From the NCBI GenBank assembly GCA_963724765.1, contig CAVRVY010000001.1:1056001-1120000 (forward strand): DNA of 64,000 bases, read 5' to 3'. The position numbers and the translations under genes are program-made. Positions 23,975-35,566 of this stretch are shown piece by piece. The notes under the pieces were generated by a model, which was not told the origin of the DNA, made no database searches, and was given only the letters and a program-made list of their open reading frames with translations. Source of the stretch: an uncultured delta proteobacterium. GTDB lineage: Bacteria; Desulfobacterota; Binatia; Binatales; Binataceae. The stretch's first letter is position 1. Each line of letters starts with the position of its first letter.

Positions 23975-26295
23975 GTGCCGGCAAGAGCGCCGAGAGTCCG
24001 GTCGCGCTGGCGGGCGAGCCGGCGGTCGGCCTCGAACAGGCCCGCGCGCACGGACTCAGCGACGACGAGTATCGCGCGGTCGAGCGATGGCTCGGCCGCA
24101 CACCGACTTTCACCGAGCTCGGCGTTTTTTCGGTGATGTGGTCGGAGCACTGTTCGTATAAGTCCTCGCGGCGCCATCTGCGGATGATGCCGAACAAGGG
24201 GCAGCGCGTGGTCGGCGGGCCAGGCGAAAACGCCGGCGCGCTCGAGGTCGGCGATGGATGGGTCGCGGTCTTCAAGATTGAAAGCCACAACCATCCCTCT
24301 TTCGTCGAACCGTACCAGGGCGCCGCGACCGGCGTGGGCGGAATTCTGCGCGACATCTTCACCATGGGCGCGCGGCCGGTCGCCAGCATGGATTCGCTGA
24401 AGTTCGGCGCGTTCGAGCATCCGCGCACGCGCTACCTGCTCGGCGGCGTGGTCGGCGGAATCGGCGGTTATGGCAACTGCGTCGGCGTGCCGACGGTCGG
24501 CGGCGAGGTGATGTTCGACGCGGCCTATAACGGCAATATCCTGGTCAACGCATTCTGCCTCGGGCTTGCGCGGCGCGGCGAATTGCAAAGCGCGCGCGCG
24601 CGGGGCCCGGGCAATGCGGTGATGTACGTCGGCTCGGCGACCGGGCGCGACGGAATCCACGGCGCGAGCCTGCTCGCGTCGGCGGAGTTCGATGCCAGCA
24701 GCGAGACCAAGCGCCCGACGGTGCAGGTCGGCGACCCGTTCACTGAAAAACTGCTGATCGAGGCGTGCCTGGAGGCGATGCAGAGCGGCGCAATCGTCGC
24801 GATTCAGGACATGGGCGCGGCGGGGCTTACCTCGTCGTCGAGCGAGATGGCGGCGCGCGGCGAACTCGGAATCGAACTCGACCTCGACCGTATTCCACTG
24901 CGCGAAGCGGGACTGACACCGTACGAGATTCTGCTCTCGGAGTCGCAGGAGCGGATGTTGCTCGTGGCCGAGCGCGGGCGCGAGGCCGAACTCGCGGCGA
25001 TCTTCGCGCGCTGGGATCTGCACGCGGTGGTGGTCGGAAAAATCACCGAGGACCGGCGCTGGCGGGTGCGATGGCGTGGAAAGCTGGTCGCCGATATTCC
25101 GGCGGTCGCGCTGACCGACGAAGCGCCGGTTTACAATCGCCCCGCTAGCGAGCCGTCGAAGGCGGCGTCCACGCAGAGCGCCGCTTCAAGCGCGGCGTCT
25201 GTTTTAAACGCCGCTTCAAGCGCGGCGTCTTGGCCGCCGCCGGCCGAGGCCCTGCGCCGTCTGCTGGACAGTCCCAACGTCGGCTCCAAGCGGTGGGTCT
25301 ATCGTCAGTACGATTCGATGGTGCAAAGCAACACGATAGCCGGGCCGGGCAGCGATGCCGCCGTGCTCAGGATCAAGGGAACGAACCGCGCGCTCGCGCT
25401 GAAAGTTGATTCCAACCCGCGTGCCTGCGCGCTCGACCCCTACGTTGGCGCGGCGGCGACCGTGGTCGAGGCGGCGCGCAACGTGGCGTGCGCGGGCGCA
25501 CTGCCGATCGGGCTTACGAACTGTCTCAACTACGGCAATCCTGAGCGCCCGGAAATCATGTGGCAGTTCATCCGCGGCGTCGAAGGTATCCGCGACGCCG
25601 CGCTGGCGCTCGAGACGCCGGTGGTCAGCGGCAACGTGAGCTTTTACAACGAGACTGAAGGCCGCGCGATTCCGCCTACGCCCACGATCGCGATGCTCGG
25701 GGTGCTCGAGGACGCCGGGCGGCGCGTCACCCAGTTTTTCAAGCGTCCGGGCGACGCGGTTATCCTGCTGAGGACGGCGGCGGCGACGCTGGCGGCGAGC
25801 GAATATGCGGCCCTTTTCGCGGCTAACGGCGGATCTCTCGCCCCATTGGACCTCCAACGCGAGCGGGCGCTCATCGAGGGGCTGGTTGCCGCCGCCGATC
25901 GAGGGTTGATAAGATCAGCTCACGACGTCGCGGAAGGCGGACTGGCGGTTACGCTAGCGGAGTGCTGCTTCAATCCCGACAACGTCCTGGGCGCTGAGAT
26001 CGACGGGATGCCGGAGAGCGGTGACGTAGAAGTGTTTTTTGGTGAAGGCGCTTCGACCGTGGTGTTGTCGGCCGGCGACGACGAAGTCGAAAAGTTGCGA
26101 GGCGAGACGCTTCGAGGCGAGAAGCTTCAAGGCGAGAAGCTTCAAGGATTGTTCAGCGGAATCGAATTCACCGTGATCGGACGCGTGACTAGCGAGCCGC
26201 GGTTGAGAATTGCAAAAGTTATCGACGAGGACGTGCGCGAGTTGAGGCAAATCCACGAACAGGCGATTGCGCGGAGGCTTGCCGCAAATGGATAA
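23971..26295 (+). CDS. purL: FGAM synthase subunit PurL
   Basis: [23 protein letters not shown]. Confidence 0.96.
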   Translation: MSAGKSAESPVALAGEPAVGLEQARAHGLSDDEYRAVERWLGRTPTFTELGVFSVMWSEHCSYKSSRRHLRMMPNKGQRVVGGPGENAGALEVGDGWVAVFKIESHNHPSFVEPYQGAATGVGGILRDIFTMGARPVASMDSLKFGAFEHPRTRYLLGGVVGGIGGYGNCVGVPTVGGEVMFDAAYNGNILVNAFCLGLARRGELQSARARGPGNAVMYVGSATGRDGIHGASLLASAEFDASSETKRPTVQVGDPFTEKLLIEACLEAMQSGAIVAIQDMGAAGLTSSSSEMAARGELGIELDLDRIPLREAGLTPYEILLSESQERMLLVAERGREAELAAIFARWDLHAVVVGKITEDRRWRVRWRGKLVADIPAVALTDEAPVYNRPASEPSKAASTQSAASSAASVLNAASSAASWPPPAEALRRLLDSPNVGSKRWVYRQYDSMVQSNTIAGPGSDAAVLRIKGTNRALALKVDSNPRACALDPYVGAAATVVEAARNVACAGALPIGLTNCLNYGNPERPEIMWQFIRGVEGIRDAALALETPVVSGNVSFYNETEGRAIPPTPTIAMLGVLEDAGRRVTQFFKRPGDAVILLRTAAATLAASEYAALFAANGGSLAPLDLQRERALIEGLVAAADRGLIRSAHDVAEGGLAVTLAECCFNPDNVLGAEIDGMPESGDVEVFFGEGASTVVLSAGDDEVEKLRGETLRGEKLQGEKLQGLFSGIEFTVIGRVTSEPRLRIAKVIDEDVRELRQIHEQAIARRLAANG

Positions 26296-27787
26296 AGTCC
26301 CGTCGCGAGAACTTTCGCAAAAACACCCGCAAGAGCTCTTCGTGGAAATCTCGCCTGAAGAGTCCAACCTCGACGCTTTCCACGAGGAATGCGGCGTCTT
26401 CGGCGTCTTCGGCCATCCCGAGGCGGCCAATCTCGCCTACCTGGGAATGTATGCGTTGCAGCATCGTGGACAGGAGTCAGCCGGCATCGTCTCGTCCAAC
26501 GGCAAGTCGCTGATCTCGCATCGCGGGATGGGCCTGGTCGCCGACATCTTCAATAGCGACGTGATCAATCGCCTCGAGGGCACCGCCGCGATCGGCCACA
26601 ATCGCTATTCGACCACCGGCTCGACCTCGCTCAAGAACTGCCAGCCGCTGGTGGTCGAGTACGCAGGCGGAGGGTTGGCGCTCGCACACAATGGCAATCT
26701 GGTCAACTTCGCCGAGCTGCGCGCCGGGCTTGAGGCCAACGGCTCGCTGTTCCAGTCGTCTTCGGACAGCGAGGTGATTATCCATCTGATCGCGGGATCG
26801 CACGCGCCCACGCTGGCCGAGCGCGTTGCCGAGGCGCTGGCGCAAGTGCGCGGCGCTTACTCGCTGGTGGTGCTGGCGCAGCGCGAAATGATCGCGGTGC
26901 GCGACCCGTTCGGCTTTCGCCCGCTGGTGCTGGGATCGCTCAACGGCGCGCCGATAGTGGCGTCAGAGACCTGCGCGCTGGACCTGGTGCGCGCCGACTA
27001 CATCCGCGAAATCGAGCCGGGCGAGATGGTGGTGATAAGCGACGACGGGGTGCGCTCGCTGCGTCCGTTCCCCTCCGCCGAGCCCAAGCGATGCATCTTC
27101 GAGTACGTTTACTTCTCGCGTCCCGACAGTTTGCTCTACGGACGCAGCGTTTATCAGGTGCGCAAGCTGCAAGGGCGTGCGCTGGCCCGGCAATGCCCCG
27201 TCGACGCAGATATCGTCGTGCCGGTGCCTGACTCGGGCAACGCCGCCGCGCTCGGCTACGCCGAGCAATCGGGTTTGCCGTTCGAGATGGGGCTGGTGCG
27301 CAGCCACTACGTTGGCCGGACCTTTATCGAGCCGCGCCAGTCGATTCGCCACTTCGGCGTCAAGATAAAATTCAACCCGGTCTCCGAACTGCTCCGCGGC
27401 AAGCGCGTGGTGCTGGTCGAGGATTCGCTGGTGCGTGGCACCACGCTACGCAAGGTGATCCCGATGCTGCGGCAGGCGGGCGCGCGCGAGGTCCATATGC
27501 GGATCGCGGCGCCGCCGACCACCAACTCCTGCTTCTACGGCATCGACACGCCGACCCGCGAGGAGTTGCTCGCCTCGAACCACTCGATCGAGGAGATCCG
27601 CAACTACATCACGGCCGACTCGCTCGATTACCTCAGCTGGGACGGCTTGTACTCATTCCTGGACGGCCCGCGCGAGGGCTTCTGCGACGCCTGCTTCACC
27701 GGCAACTACCCGGTCGAGATTCCGGCCAATCACGGGCCGCATCAGTTACGCCTGTTCGAAGCCGGCGACAACGCGCTCAGCCGCTAA
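26288..27787 (+). CDS. purF: amidophosphoribosyltransferase
   Basis: EECGVFG propeptide site, [23 protein letters not shown]. Confidence 0.96.
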   Translation: MDKVPSRELSQKHPQELFVEISPEESNLDAFHEECGVFGVFGHPEAANLAYLGMYALQHRGQESAGIVSSNGKSLISHRGMGLVADIFNSDVINRLEGTAAIGHNRYSTTGSTSLKNCQPLVVEYAGGGLALAHNGNLVNFAELRAGLEANGSLFQSSSDSEVIIHLIAGSHAPTLAERVAEALAQVRGAYSLVVLAQREMIAVRDPFGFRPLVLGSLNGAPIVASETCALDLVRADYIREIEPGEMVVISDDGVRSLRPFPSAEPKRCIFEYVYFSRPDSLLYGRSVYQVRKLQGRALARQCPVDADIVVPVPDSGNAAALGYAEQSGLPFEMGLVRSHYVGRTFIEPRQSIRHFGVKIKFNPVSELLRGKRVVLVEDSLVRGTTLRKVIPMLRQAGAREVHMRIAAPPTTNSCFYGIDTPTREELLASNHSIEEIRNYITADSLDYLSWDGLYSFLDGPREGFCDACFTGNYPVEIPANHGPHQLRLFEAGDNALSR

Positions 27788-27942
27788 AGTCTCACGCTTA
27801 CGGGCTATTCGGTCGCGAGGCTGGCGCGAAAGCGCGAGCGGCTCACAAGGCGACCGGAGAGCCACGCCATTCACTACGAAGCATCCGGCGCTTGCGCTAC
27901 GGGGCGGATTTGCCCTATGCGTTTCGCTCGGAAGTCTCGACC

Positions 27943-28209
27943 ATGAGCGCGCGCGTATTCTGCTATTTGGCATCCGGCATCCTGATGCTCACGGCAACCG
28001 GATGCGACCCGGTGGTCAGCGTTGCGGGGGCCAATTTTCCGGACTGGCTTTTGTGCGCGGGCGCGGGCGCGATCCTCGCCGCGCTCTGCCATCCACTGTT
28101 TGTCGCGGCCGGCCTCGAGCGTGAGTTGCGTCCGCTGCCGTTGTTCTATGGCGGCCTGATAGCGATGTTCGCGCTGATCGGATGGGTCGCTTTCTTTAGC
28201 CGGGCCTGA
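27943..28209 (+). CDS. YtcA family lipoprotein
   Basis: lipobox ATGC then DPVVSVAGANFPDWL; precedes an MFP gene. Confidence 0.8.
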   Translation: MSARVFCYLASGILMLTATGCDPVVSVAGANFPDWLLCAGAGAILAALCHPLFVAAGLERELRPLPLFYGGLIAMFALIGWVAFFSRA

Positions 28210-28220
28210 GGAAATGGACG

Positions 28221-29327
28221 ATGGCGGCGGCAGGCGGCGGACGATCGAGCGGAAATCTGGCGAGCGGAAATCTGGAGCGCCGGATTACTGCCCGAATCCT
28301 GTTCGTCGCGGTGATCGCCACCGATCTCGTGCTCGGCGCGTATGTTCTGCGCCTCTACTATCTCCATCCGCGCACCGACGACGCTTACGTGCGCGCCAAT
28401 ATCGTCGGGGTCGCGCCGGAGGTGAGCGGCACTATCGTCGGGCTTCCGCTGCGCGACAATCAGCACGTCAAGGCCGGCGACCTGCTGTTCGTCATCGATC
28501 CGCGTCCGTACCAGGCCGAACTCGACCTGGCCGAGGCGCGTCTGGCGCTTACCAATCTGCAGATTGAGGCGCTCGACCGTGCGATCGGCGCCGCCAAGGC
28601 GCGCCAGAAGGTGGCCGAAGCCGACGCGGACTACGAGCGCCAGTATCTCGCGCGCCTCGTGCCGCTCGAAAAGGAGGCGTTCGTCACTGCCAACAAGGTG
28701 GCCGACGTTCGCAGCAAACTTCTCGCCGCGCGCGCGGCGACCGAGCAGACGCGCAACGAGGTCGGTCAGGCCGAAAAGCAACTGGGGCAGGCCGGCGATA
28801 TCAACGCGCGCCGGGCCGAGGCCGAAGCACAAGTCTACAAGGCGAAACTCAACGTCGGCTATTGCCAGGTGCGCGCGCAGTTTGACGGCTACGTCACCAA
28901 TCTGAATACGACTGTCGGCCAGTACGCGAATGCGGGACGCGAGGTGCTGAGTCTGGTCGACAATCGCACCTGGTATGTGATCGCCAATTTCCGCGAGACC
29001 TTCCTTGCGCATATCGCGCCCGGGATGAGCGCCCGCGTCTATCTGCTCGGCTATCCGAACCGGCGCTTTCGCGGCGTGGTCGAGGGCGTCGGCTGGGCTC
29101 TGTACCAGAACAACGGCGCCACCGTCGCGGGCCTTGCCAACGTCGCGCCGACGCTCAACTGGGTGCGCCTGGCGCAGCGCTTTCCGGTGCGCATCACGCT
29201 CAAAGACGACGATCCCAGGTTTCCGTTCCGGATGGGCGCGACAGCGGTCGTGACGATCGACGGCGCGCCGCCGCAAGGCCCGCCTCCGACGCGAAGCCCG
29301 CTTCCAATAGGATCGCAGGCTCGATGA
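28221..29327 (+). CDS. MdtN/AaeA-like membrane fusion protein
   Basis: PRTDDAYV, IANFRET, WVRLAQRFPVRI. Confidence 0.9.
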   Translation: MAAAGGGRSSGNLASGNLERRITARILFVAVIATDLVLGAYVLRLYYLHPRTDDAYVRANIVGVAPEVSGTIVGLPLRDNQHVKAGDLLFVIDPRPYQAELDLAEARLALTNLQIEALDRAIGAAKARQKVAEADADYERQYLARLVPLEKEAFVTANKVADVRSKLLAARAATEQTRNEVGQAEKQLGQAGDINARRAEAEAQVYKAKLNVGYCQVRAQFDGYVTNLNTTVGQYANAGREVLSLVDNRTWYVIANFRETFLAHIAPGMSARVYLLGYPNRRFRGVVEGVGWALYQNNGATVAGLANVAPTLNWVRLAQRFPVRITLKDDDPRFPFRMGATAVVTIDGAPPQGPPPTRSPLPIGSQAR

Positions 29328-29346
29328 CCGAGGTTGCGCCGATGCT

Positions 29347-30906
29347 TTATGGGCGGGCCTGCGGCGGAATCGCTCCGGTCGCGTAGGCGACCGCGGCGGC
29401 CGAGATCAGGAGGTCGGCCCGGCTCCCCACCATTGTGTACCTGGCGTCGGCCAGATCGCGCTCGGCCGACAGCAGGTCGACGATCGTCGCGAGCCCGTGA
29501 TTGAACGATCCGAAATTCGAATCGTAGGCGGATTGCGAAGCCGACAGCAGCGCCTGCGCATACTGGTACTTCCTGAGCGCCGTCGTGAAGGCGTAGTAGG
29601 CGCGCCACACCTGGCTCGCGACGTCGAGTTGGTAGCGATAAACCTCGGCACGCGACGCCTCGCGATCGGCCTCGGCCTGCTCGATCGAATTCACATGCTC
29701 GAAGCCGGCAAACGCGTCCCATCGAAGCGCGACGCTGGCGGCGTACTCGGGCGCCATCGCCGTGAACTGCGGCGTGGGCGGGTTCGACAGCCGATAGTTG
29801 AAGGCGTGGCTGCCGTAATAGCCTGAGAGCTCGACGGTCGGATACATCGAGGCGCGCTCCAGGTCGACCGAGGCATCGCGCGAGCGCAGCGCTGCGACCT
29901 TGGCCGCAAGGTCGGGCCGCTCGCGCATCGCAAGGTCGATCAGGCGATCGACCGCGCCGCTGAGCGTGGCGGGAACCGCCTGGCCGCCGAAACTCTCGAT
30001 TTCCGGCAGCGCGTCGACGCGCACGCCGAGCGCGACCGCAAGGTCGGCCTGGGCATCGCTGACCCCGAGTTCCGCATTTTCCAACTCGTAGCGAGACCGC
30101 GCTTCTCGCTGGCGCGCCAACAGGACGTCGGGTTTGGTCGCCAGCCCCGCCGCACGGCTTTTTTCGACCGCACGCCGATCAGTACTCGCCAGACGCACGA
30201 TCGCCTGCGCGGCGACAACATTCGCCCGCTCGGCATCGAGCAGGTAGAAGCTCTTTTCGACGGCGAACACTACCTCCTGAATTTTGCGATTGAAGTGAAG
30301 ATTGGCCGCCATCAACTGTTCGCGCGCCGAGCGGGCGGCTGCGTCGCGGCGGCCGAAATCGGCGAGATCATAGTTGGCCGTGAGCAGGTCGCTGCTGCTC
30401 CAGTTCTTGAGCGTGCCCCAATGTTTCGGGACCTGGTCGACGATCCGCTCGTATCCGTTTTGGCTATCGACACGAACCGTTGGGTAAAAAGGCGCGCGAC
30501 TGATGCCCCACCCGGCCGCAGCCGCGCGCGCCGTCTGCCACGCCTCACGCGTATCGGGATTGCGGCTCAAGGCCAGATCGATCAAGGCCGGAAGATCGTA
30601 TTTCGTCCCCGATGCGGTCGCAGGACTATTGTGGTCGAAGCCGCCGGTCGCGGATTCGAGCGGGGCCTGAAGATTGATTGCCTGCTCGTTCGGGCCGGGC
30701 TGCCATTCATGCTGCACCGCCGCCGGCGCCCATCGAGACGGATTGAGCTCAGGCCGTTCGCCCGACGCGGCGCATCCGACAAGCCCGTCGAGCGCCAACA
30801 ACACGCAGAGGCTCGCGATCAGGCGCGTGTGCGGCCAAACGCAGCGCGCGCGAGCGCAGCGGCGACTGGCGCGGTACGCGGCGAATTCCGAGATACGACG
30901 TCGCAA
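29347..30906 (-). CDS. TolC/OEP family outer-membrane efflux lipoprotein (start uncertain)
   Basis: lipobox LVGC, LPALIDLALSRNP, GLATIVDLL; upstream part of the ORF overlaps the FUSC gene and is rejected. Confidence 0.85.
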   Translation of the reverse strand: MRRRISEFAAYRASRRCARARCVWPHTRLIASLCVLLALDGLVGCAASGERPELNPSRWAPAAVQHEWQPGPNEQAINLQAPLESATGGFDHNSPATASGTKYDLPALIDLALSRNPDTREAWQTARAAAAGWGISRAPFYPTVRVDSQNGYERIVDQVPKHWGTLKNWSSSDLLTANYDLADFGRRDAAARSAREQLMAANLHFNRKIQEVVFAVEKSFYLLDAERANVVAAQAIVRLASTDRRAVEKSRAAGLATKPDVLLARQREARSRYELENAELGVSDAQADLAVALGVRVDALPEIESFGGQAVPATLSGAVDRLIDLAMRERPDLAAKVAALRSRDASVDLERASMYPTVELSGYYGSHAFNYRLSNPPTPQFTAMAPEYAASVALRWDAFAGFEHVNSIEQAEADREASRAEVYRYQLDVASQVWRAYYAFTTALRKYQYAQALLSASQSAYDSNFGSFNHGLATIVDLLSAERDLADARYTMVGSRADLLISAAAVAYATGAIPPQARP

Positions 30907-30979
30907 CGGCTTATCCGGTGGCGTCGCCGGGCGCGTCACGCTCGAAGCCCAAAGTATGCTTTGATTGGCGGCCAGAGAG

Positions 30980-33121
30980 ATGACAGGGAGCGCCAAATGG
31001 AGAGCCCTGTTCGAAGAGCTGGAGTCGGTGCCAGGGCGATGGCGGCGGGCAGCGCGAGTCGGACTGATCACGGCGCTGGGCGCCGGCGCGACTGCCGCGA
31101 TGCAAATCGCGAATCCGCTCGGCTTGACGCTGCTGTTCAGTTTCGCGCTGCCCGAAGCGGCGTTCTCAGCGGCCCAGGGAACCGTCTTTCTATGCTTCGC
31201 GGCCGTGTTCCAGGTGCTCGGGTTGGTATTGGTCGGAGCTTTGGTCGACTCACCCGTCGTCCATATCACCGTCTTCATCCTCCTGTGTTTCTTCACCACC
31301 TACCTGATTTATGCCGTTCCGACTTTGGGGCGGCTTTGGGTCTGGATTCAAGTTCCGGTGGTCACCGCCTTTTACCTGGCGATGTTTCTGCCGGAGCAAC
31401 TGGCATGGGATGAGGCGCAGGCGTTTGCCGGAATGGCAATCGCCGTCGCCGTTCTGCTGCTGTGCAACAGTATCGTGCGGCCGGCCCCGGCCGAGTCGGT
31501 GCTGGCCGATTCGATCGCGACGACGCTCGCTCGCTCGCGCTCGAGACTCGCGCGGCTGATCGAAATTTCGTTGGGTGAGGTCCCGGCTGCCGACGACCAT
31601 CGGGTGGTCTCGCGTCTCGGCTATCATCTCTCGCTGATCGGCCCAATCATCACGTCGGCGAGCAGCGCCGCCGTCTCGGCGGCGCTGCTCGCCGACGTGA
31701 TGATTGCGGAGGCGGTCCGCGGCCAGACGGAACGTCTGGCCGCCGCCGTGCTCGCCAGCCGCAGCGGCAAGCGGACGCCTGTCGCCGCGGCTGGCGAACT
31801 ACGCGCGCTCGCGACGGCGATCGACCGCCGCCTCGAGTGCCGCGCCTCGGGTCTGCTGCGGGGTCGCGCCGGGCGCGCCGCAGGCGCGCCCGGCGCGACC
31901 CCGCAGCCGCAGCCGGCGCCGGCGGATAGCGGCGACGGCGGCGACGGCGACCTCGCCGCGCGGATCGCGCGCCTTTGCGCGGAGGCCCCCGAGCTGGCGG
32001 CAATCGCCGCGCCGATAGCAAGAATTGGCGAGCTGCTCGAGAACGATCGAATCGAGCTTCCATCGGAGGAGACTGAAATCGACCAGCCGGCGGAGCCGCC
32101 GCCGCCCGTCGTACGGAATTTCCTGGTTCGCTTCAGCGCGCGGAACACGATTGCGCTCACGGCCGCTTTTCTGATCGGGCTTTGGGACGACAATCCGGCG
32201 CTGCACGCGGCGATCTGGCTGCTGATGCTCGGCGGCCCGCCCAGCCATGGAGCGACGGTGCGCAAATTCACGATGCGCGCGATCGGTGCGTCGGGAGCTC
32301 TCGCGCTGGCCGCGCTTGGCACAGTTATAATAGCTCCCAATTTCACCTCGCCCGGACCCTATATGGCCGCGATCTTCGTGGGCACGATGCTAATGGCGTT
32401 TATCGGCGAGGGTGGCGGAATCCTTTCATATCTCGCGATTGGCGGCACCGCATTCGTTATCGGCTACGGAGGTCCAGGGCCGCGCGCCGACGTGCTCGAC
32501 TCGATATGGAGCATCTGGGGCATCAGCCTCGGCATGATAGTCCGCGCCGTCGTTTCTCTCCTGTGGCGGGAGCGGGCAAGCCGCACGCTTGCAGAGCAGT
32601 TCCAGGCACCGCTCGCCGCCATGCTCGAACTGATGGAAGAAAGCGGGGGCTTTGATGAGAAGCGCCGGCGCGCCGCGGCCGAGAGGGCGACCATCGCCGG
32701 CATCGCTATGATGTTGACGGTCGCGAATGACGCGATGCTCGAGGGTCGCGGCGCTGAAATCGACAGCGACCAATTGGTCAACGCGCTTGACACGCTGCGC
32801 CGCCTGGCCTTTGCGCTGGGTAACCTGGCCCGCGTCGGACCGGCCGGAACCGCCGTGAGCGCCGCGTTGACCGACGCTATCAGGGTGCGTCTGGAATCGT
32901 GGCTATGCAGCTTGCGCGATCAGACGGACTCCGGCGTCGCAAGCCGCGCGCCGCTCAGGAAAATGGTTGCAGAAGCCAACGCGCCCGATCTGCCTCTATT
33001 GCCGGGTGATGAGCAGCGCGCCGCGACCGGGATCGATAGATCGTACGGCATGGCCGCCGAGCGCGTGATCCGGCTGACACAAACGCTGGAGCATCAACTG
33101 GCCGCGGTTTCGCGCAACTGA
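30980..33121 (+). CDS. FUSC/MdtO-like inner-membrane protein
   Basis: two TM clusters separated by a helical domain; PGRW..AAR start; next to MFP and OMF. Confidence 0.75.
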   Translation: MTGSAKWRALFEELESVPGRWRRAARVGLITALGAGATAAMQIANPLGLTLLFSFALPEAAFSAAQGTVFLCFAAVFQVLGLVLVGALVDSPVVHITVFILLCFFTTYLIYAVPTLGRLWVWIQVPVVTAFYLAMFLPEQLAWDEAQAFAGMAIAVAVLLLCNSIVRPAPAESVLADSIATTLARSRSRLARLIEISLGEVPAADDHRVVSRLGYHLSLIGPIITSASSAAVSAALLADVMIAEAVRGQTERLAAAVLASRSGKRTPVAAAGELRALATAIDRRLECRASGLLRGRAGRAAGAPGATPQPQPAPADSGDGGDGDLAARIARLCAEAPELAAIAAPIARIGELLENDRIELPSEETEIDQPAEPPPPVVRNFLVRFSARNTIALTAAFLIGLWDDNPALHAAIWLLMLGGPPSHGATVRKFTMRAIGASGALALAALGTVIIAPNFTSPGPYMAAIFVGTMLMAFIGEGGGILSYLAIGGTAFVIGYGGPGPRADVLDSIWSIWGISLGMIVRAVVSLLWRERASRTLAEQFQAPLAAMLELMEESGGFDEKRRRAAAERATIAGIAMMLTVANDAMLEGRGAEIDSDQLVNALDTLRRLAFALGNLARVGPAGTAVSAALTDAIRVRLESWLCSLRDQTDSGVASRAPLRKMVAEANAPDLPLLPGDEQRAATGIDRSYGMAAERVIRLTQTLEHQLAAVSRN

Positions 33122-33209
33122 ACAGTCAGGCTACGCGCCCCGTTTCGGCATCGACAGGTTCCAGGGGCCGTATTTGCGCGCGGACGCGCCGCACGGCGCA
33201 GCGCCCGCT

Positions 33210-34082
33210 CTAGCGCGCGATGCTAAACGCGCGGGCCAGCGAGATGTCATGCCGTAGCTGGTCCATCGGTTCGCTCGTGGTGAGTACACAGATGAAGTGG
33301 CTCCGTTCCGACACCGTTACGCAGAGACTATAGCCCTTGTACTTATAGAGTATATGGCCGTGCATCTCGCCGACGGCGCCGGGCGGCACGACGAAGTCGC
33401 TCGCCTTGTAACGCGTGCACAGGATGTCGCTGTTGCGACCGTGATAGAGCGTATAGGTAACTGGATTACCGTCGGGCAACTGGTCAATTCGTCCGCCGAC
33501 GACACCGTAGCCGGCGAATTGGAAAGTCCACATCAGGTCCGGCATCTCGGCTGAGCCATAAGCCATCGCGATTGCGGACAGCGAGCTCGACGGCACGTTG
33601 GGCCGAAAAGCGGTCTCGAAAGTTTCGTAACTGTAGACGGCCTGGTCGAGAACGTCGCTGGCCGGGATTGCGCTGACTCCGTTGCTGACGGGCGATGCGC
33701 CTTGATGCATGCCGGGCAGGAGGCCGCCCGCTAGCAGCACGACGAACAGCATCGCCGCCGCGGCGAGCGGCGCCCACGTGCGTGGCCGCCTGAGTTCGCG
33801 CATCACCGCGACTCCCATTCGTCGCGGCGCGGGTCCGCGGTCGAACTGGTCGAGCGCGGCATTGATACGCGCCTGGAGTTCCTGAGGGGTGTTGACGGCG
33901 GCGGCCTGGCGCCTGATCAACGACTTCAGCAGGCGCTCTTCGGCCAGGCGCGCCCGGCACGCGGCGCATCCGTCGGCCGGACCGCTACCCAGATGCTGAG
34001 CGACCGCGCGCTCCTCTTCGGGCGTGAGTTCACCGTCGGCATGCGCCGAGAGGTAGTTAGTAATGTACTCCTCGCAGTTCAC
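33210..34082 (-). CDS. zinc-binding (zf-HC2) transmembrane anti-sigma factor
   Basis: MNCEE..LSAHADGEL..HL..CAAC, single TM, downstream of ECF sigma. Confidence 0.88.
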   Translation of the reverse strand: MNCEEYITNYLSAHADGELTPEEERAVAQHLGSGPADGCAACRARLAEERLLKSLIRRQAAAVNTPQELQARINAALDQFDRGPAPRRMGVAVMRELRRPRTWAPLAAAAMLFVVLLAGGLLPGMHQGASPVSNGVSAIPASDVLDQAVYSYETFETAFRPNVPSSSLSAIAMAYGSAEMPDLMWTFQFAGYGVVGGRIDQLPDGNPVTYTLYHGRNSDILCTRYKASDFVVPPGAVGEMHGHILYKYKGYSLCVTVSERSHFICVLTTSEPMDQLRHDISLARAFSIAR

Positions 34083-34144
34083 GGTCTCCTTCGTTTATAT
34101 ACGCAAGCGCGAATCATCTTAATAGTATAACACCCCCCGTGGAT

Positions 34145-34717
34145 TTACCTGGCGACCAGCCCGCGGCGCCGGGCGAACGCGCCCAGCGCAGTGCGCATCA
34201 TCTGACGGCCGCGCGAGACTCGCGACTTGACCGTTCCGATTGGTATTCCAAGTACTTGCGCGACCTCCTGGTAATTGAGTTCCTGCACATCCACCAGCAT
34301 CAGCGCCGTGCGAAAGTCCGATGGCAGAGCGTTGAGCGCCGCTGCCACTTCATGGTCCAGAACGCGTTCCGAGATAAGCATCTCGGGATTGTTCAGTCTT
34401 TGGTCCCCCCGCGCACTCAAGCTTTCGACCTCACGCTCGAAATCCTCAGGCGTGAGGGCGACTTGTTCACGGTCTGCGCTACGGTAGCCATTGCGGAAAT
34501 TGTTATACAAAATGGTCAACAACCACGCGCGGCAGTTGGTGCCCGGGGTGTACTGATGAAAAAATCGGTAGGCGCGCAGCACGGTCTCCTGCAAAAGATC
34601 GCGGGCGTCGTCGGGATTACGCGACAGCCGTAAGGCCGCCGAGTACAGCGCGTCGAGGTGAGGCAGCGCCTCGCGTTCGAACAGCCCGCGCTTTTCGCTG
34701 CCCCCTTTGTCCTCCAT
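34145..34717 (-). CDS. ECF sigma-70 factor
   Basis: [35 protein letters not shown]. Confidence 0.94.
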   Translation of the reverse strand: MEDKGGSEKRGLFEREALPHLDALYSAALRLSRNPDDARDLLQETVLRAYRFFHQYTPGTNCRAWLLTILYNNFRNGYRSADREQVALTPEDFEREVESLSARGDQRLNNPEMLISERVLDHEVAAALNALPSDFRTALMLVDVQELNYQEVAQVLGIPIGTVKSRVSRGRQMMRTALGAFARRRGLVAR

Positions 34718-34750
34718 ACCTGAAGAGCACCATATAACACCGCTACAGGG

Positions 34751-34780
34751 TTAAATCCCGCCGCTGATCGTAAAGTTCCC
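34751..34780 (-). promoter_or_regulatory. putative autoregulatory ECF promoter
   Basis: GGGAACTT-N15-GATTTAA about 35 nt upstream of the sigma start. Confidence 0.6.
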
Positions 34781-34840
34781 AGGTTTCGTCCGGCAACGAT
34801 GATCTTTACGCCCCTTTTTCGCTTCGATTCATGACGCGAC

Positions 34841-34881
34841 TTATTGCTTTCGCGCAGGAATTTATTGTCTTCGCGCAGGAT
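34841..34881 (+). repeat. direct repeat with 21-bp period in the sigma/precursor intergenic region
   Basis: TTATTGCTTTCGCGCAGGAA / TTATTGTCTTCGCGCAGGAT. Confidence 0.75.
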
Positions 34882-35110
34882 TAGAGCGATCGAAAAGGGG
34901 GTTCTCTCGCCCGGAAATGGCGAGACTCGCGTTTTTGAAAGGAACCGTGGCCCGCCACTTGAGATTCAAGTACATTGGCGCGAAGCTTACCGCAGGGAGC
35001 CAAAAGATACCCCGGCGCTCAAAACCGAACCGCGAGCCGGGCGGACGCGTATACTTAATCGAGGGTCGAAGGGCAGGGCCCTCGTCAAGCCGAAGAGGAG
35101 AGTCAACACG

Positions 35111-35398
35111 ATGGATCGCAAGACGATTACAGGAGCGGCTTTGGCGGCGGCGGTTGGTGCGATGTTTCTGACCACGCCAGTCCTTGCGCAAAGCTCCTCA
35201 GGGAATTCAGCGAGCGGCGCCAACGTGAAGTGCGTCGGCGGCAATAGCTGCAAAGGCCAGAGCTCGTGTAAGAGCGTGAACAACGGTTGCATGGGTCAGA
35301 ACTCATGTAAGGGCAAGGGTTGGGTGATGACCACCTCGGCCAAGGTTTGCACCGATAAGGGTGGCCAGCCGGAAAAGAATCCAACCAAGGCGATGTAG
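35111..35398 (+). CDS. bufferin-type (BufA2-like) Cys-rich RiPP precursor
   Basis: GAGGAG RBS, Sec signal, C.G.NSCKGQSSCK...C.GQNSCKGKG..C (6 Cys), upstream of DUF692. Confidence 0.85.
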   Translation: MDRKTITGAALAAAVGAMFLTTPVLAQSSSGNSASGANVKCVGGNSCKGQSSCKSVNNGCMGQNSCKGKGWVMTTSAKVCTDKGGQPEKNPTKAM

Positions 35399-35566
35399 GC
35401 GCGGCGCCTACCGCTTTAGAGAGACGCTTTGCGTGATTCGCGCGGCCGGGTTTTAACCTCTCATTGTTTTAGCAGAGCTTTGTACCGCGGCGATCCTTTC
35501 CGACCCCCTCTTCTTGTCCGGGGAGAGAGGTTTCTCTATAGCTAACGGCTCGGCGATGAATCGGCG

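Noticed and set aside
25180-26147. In-frame repeats in purL (ASSAAS x2; GEKLQ-type x4) as an intein or functional insert
   Set aside because: Short slippage-type duplications in linkers with no intein motifs; counted under the tandem-duplication finding.
30907-31299. N-terminal extension of the 650-aa OMF ORF
   Set aside because: Overlaps the FUSC gene antisense; the lipoprotein signal begins downstream.
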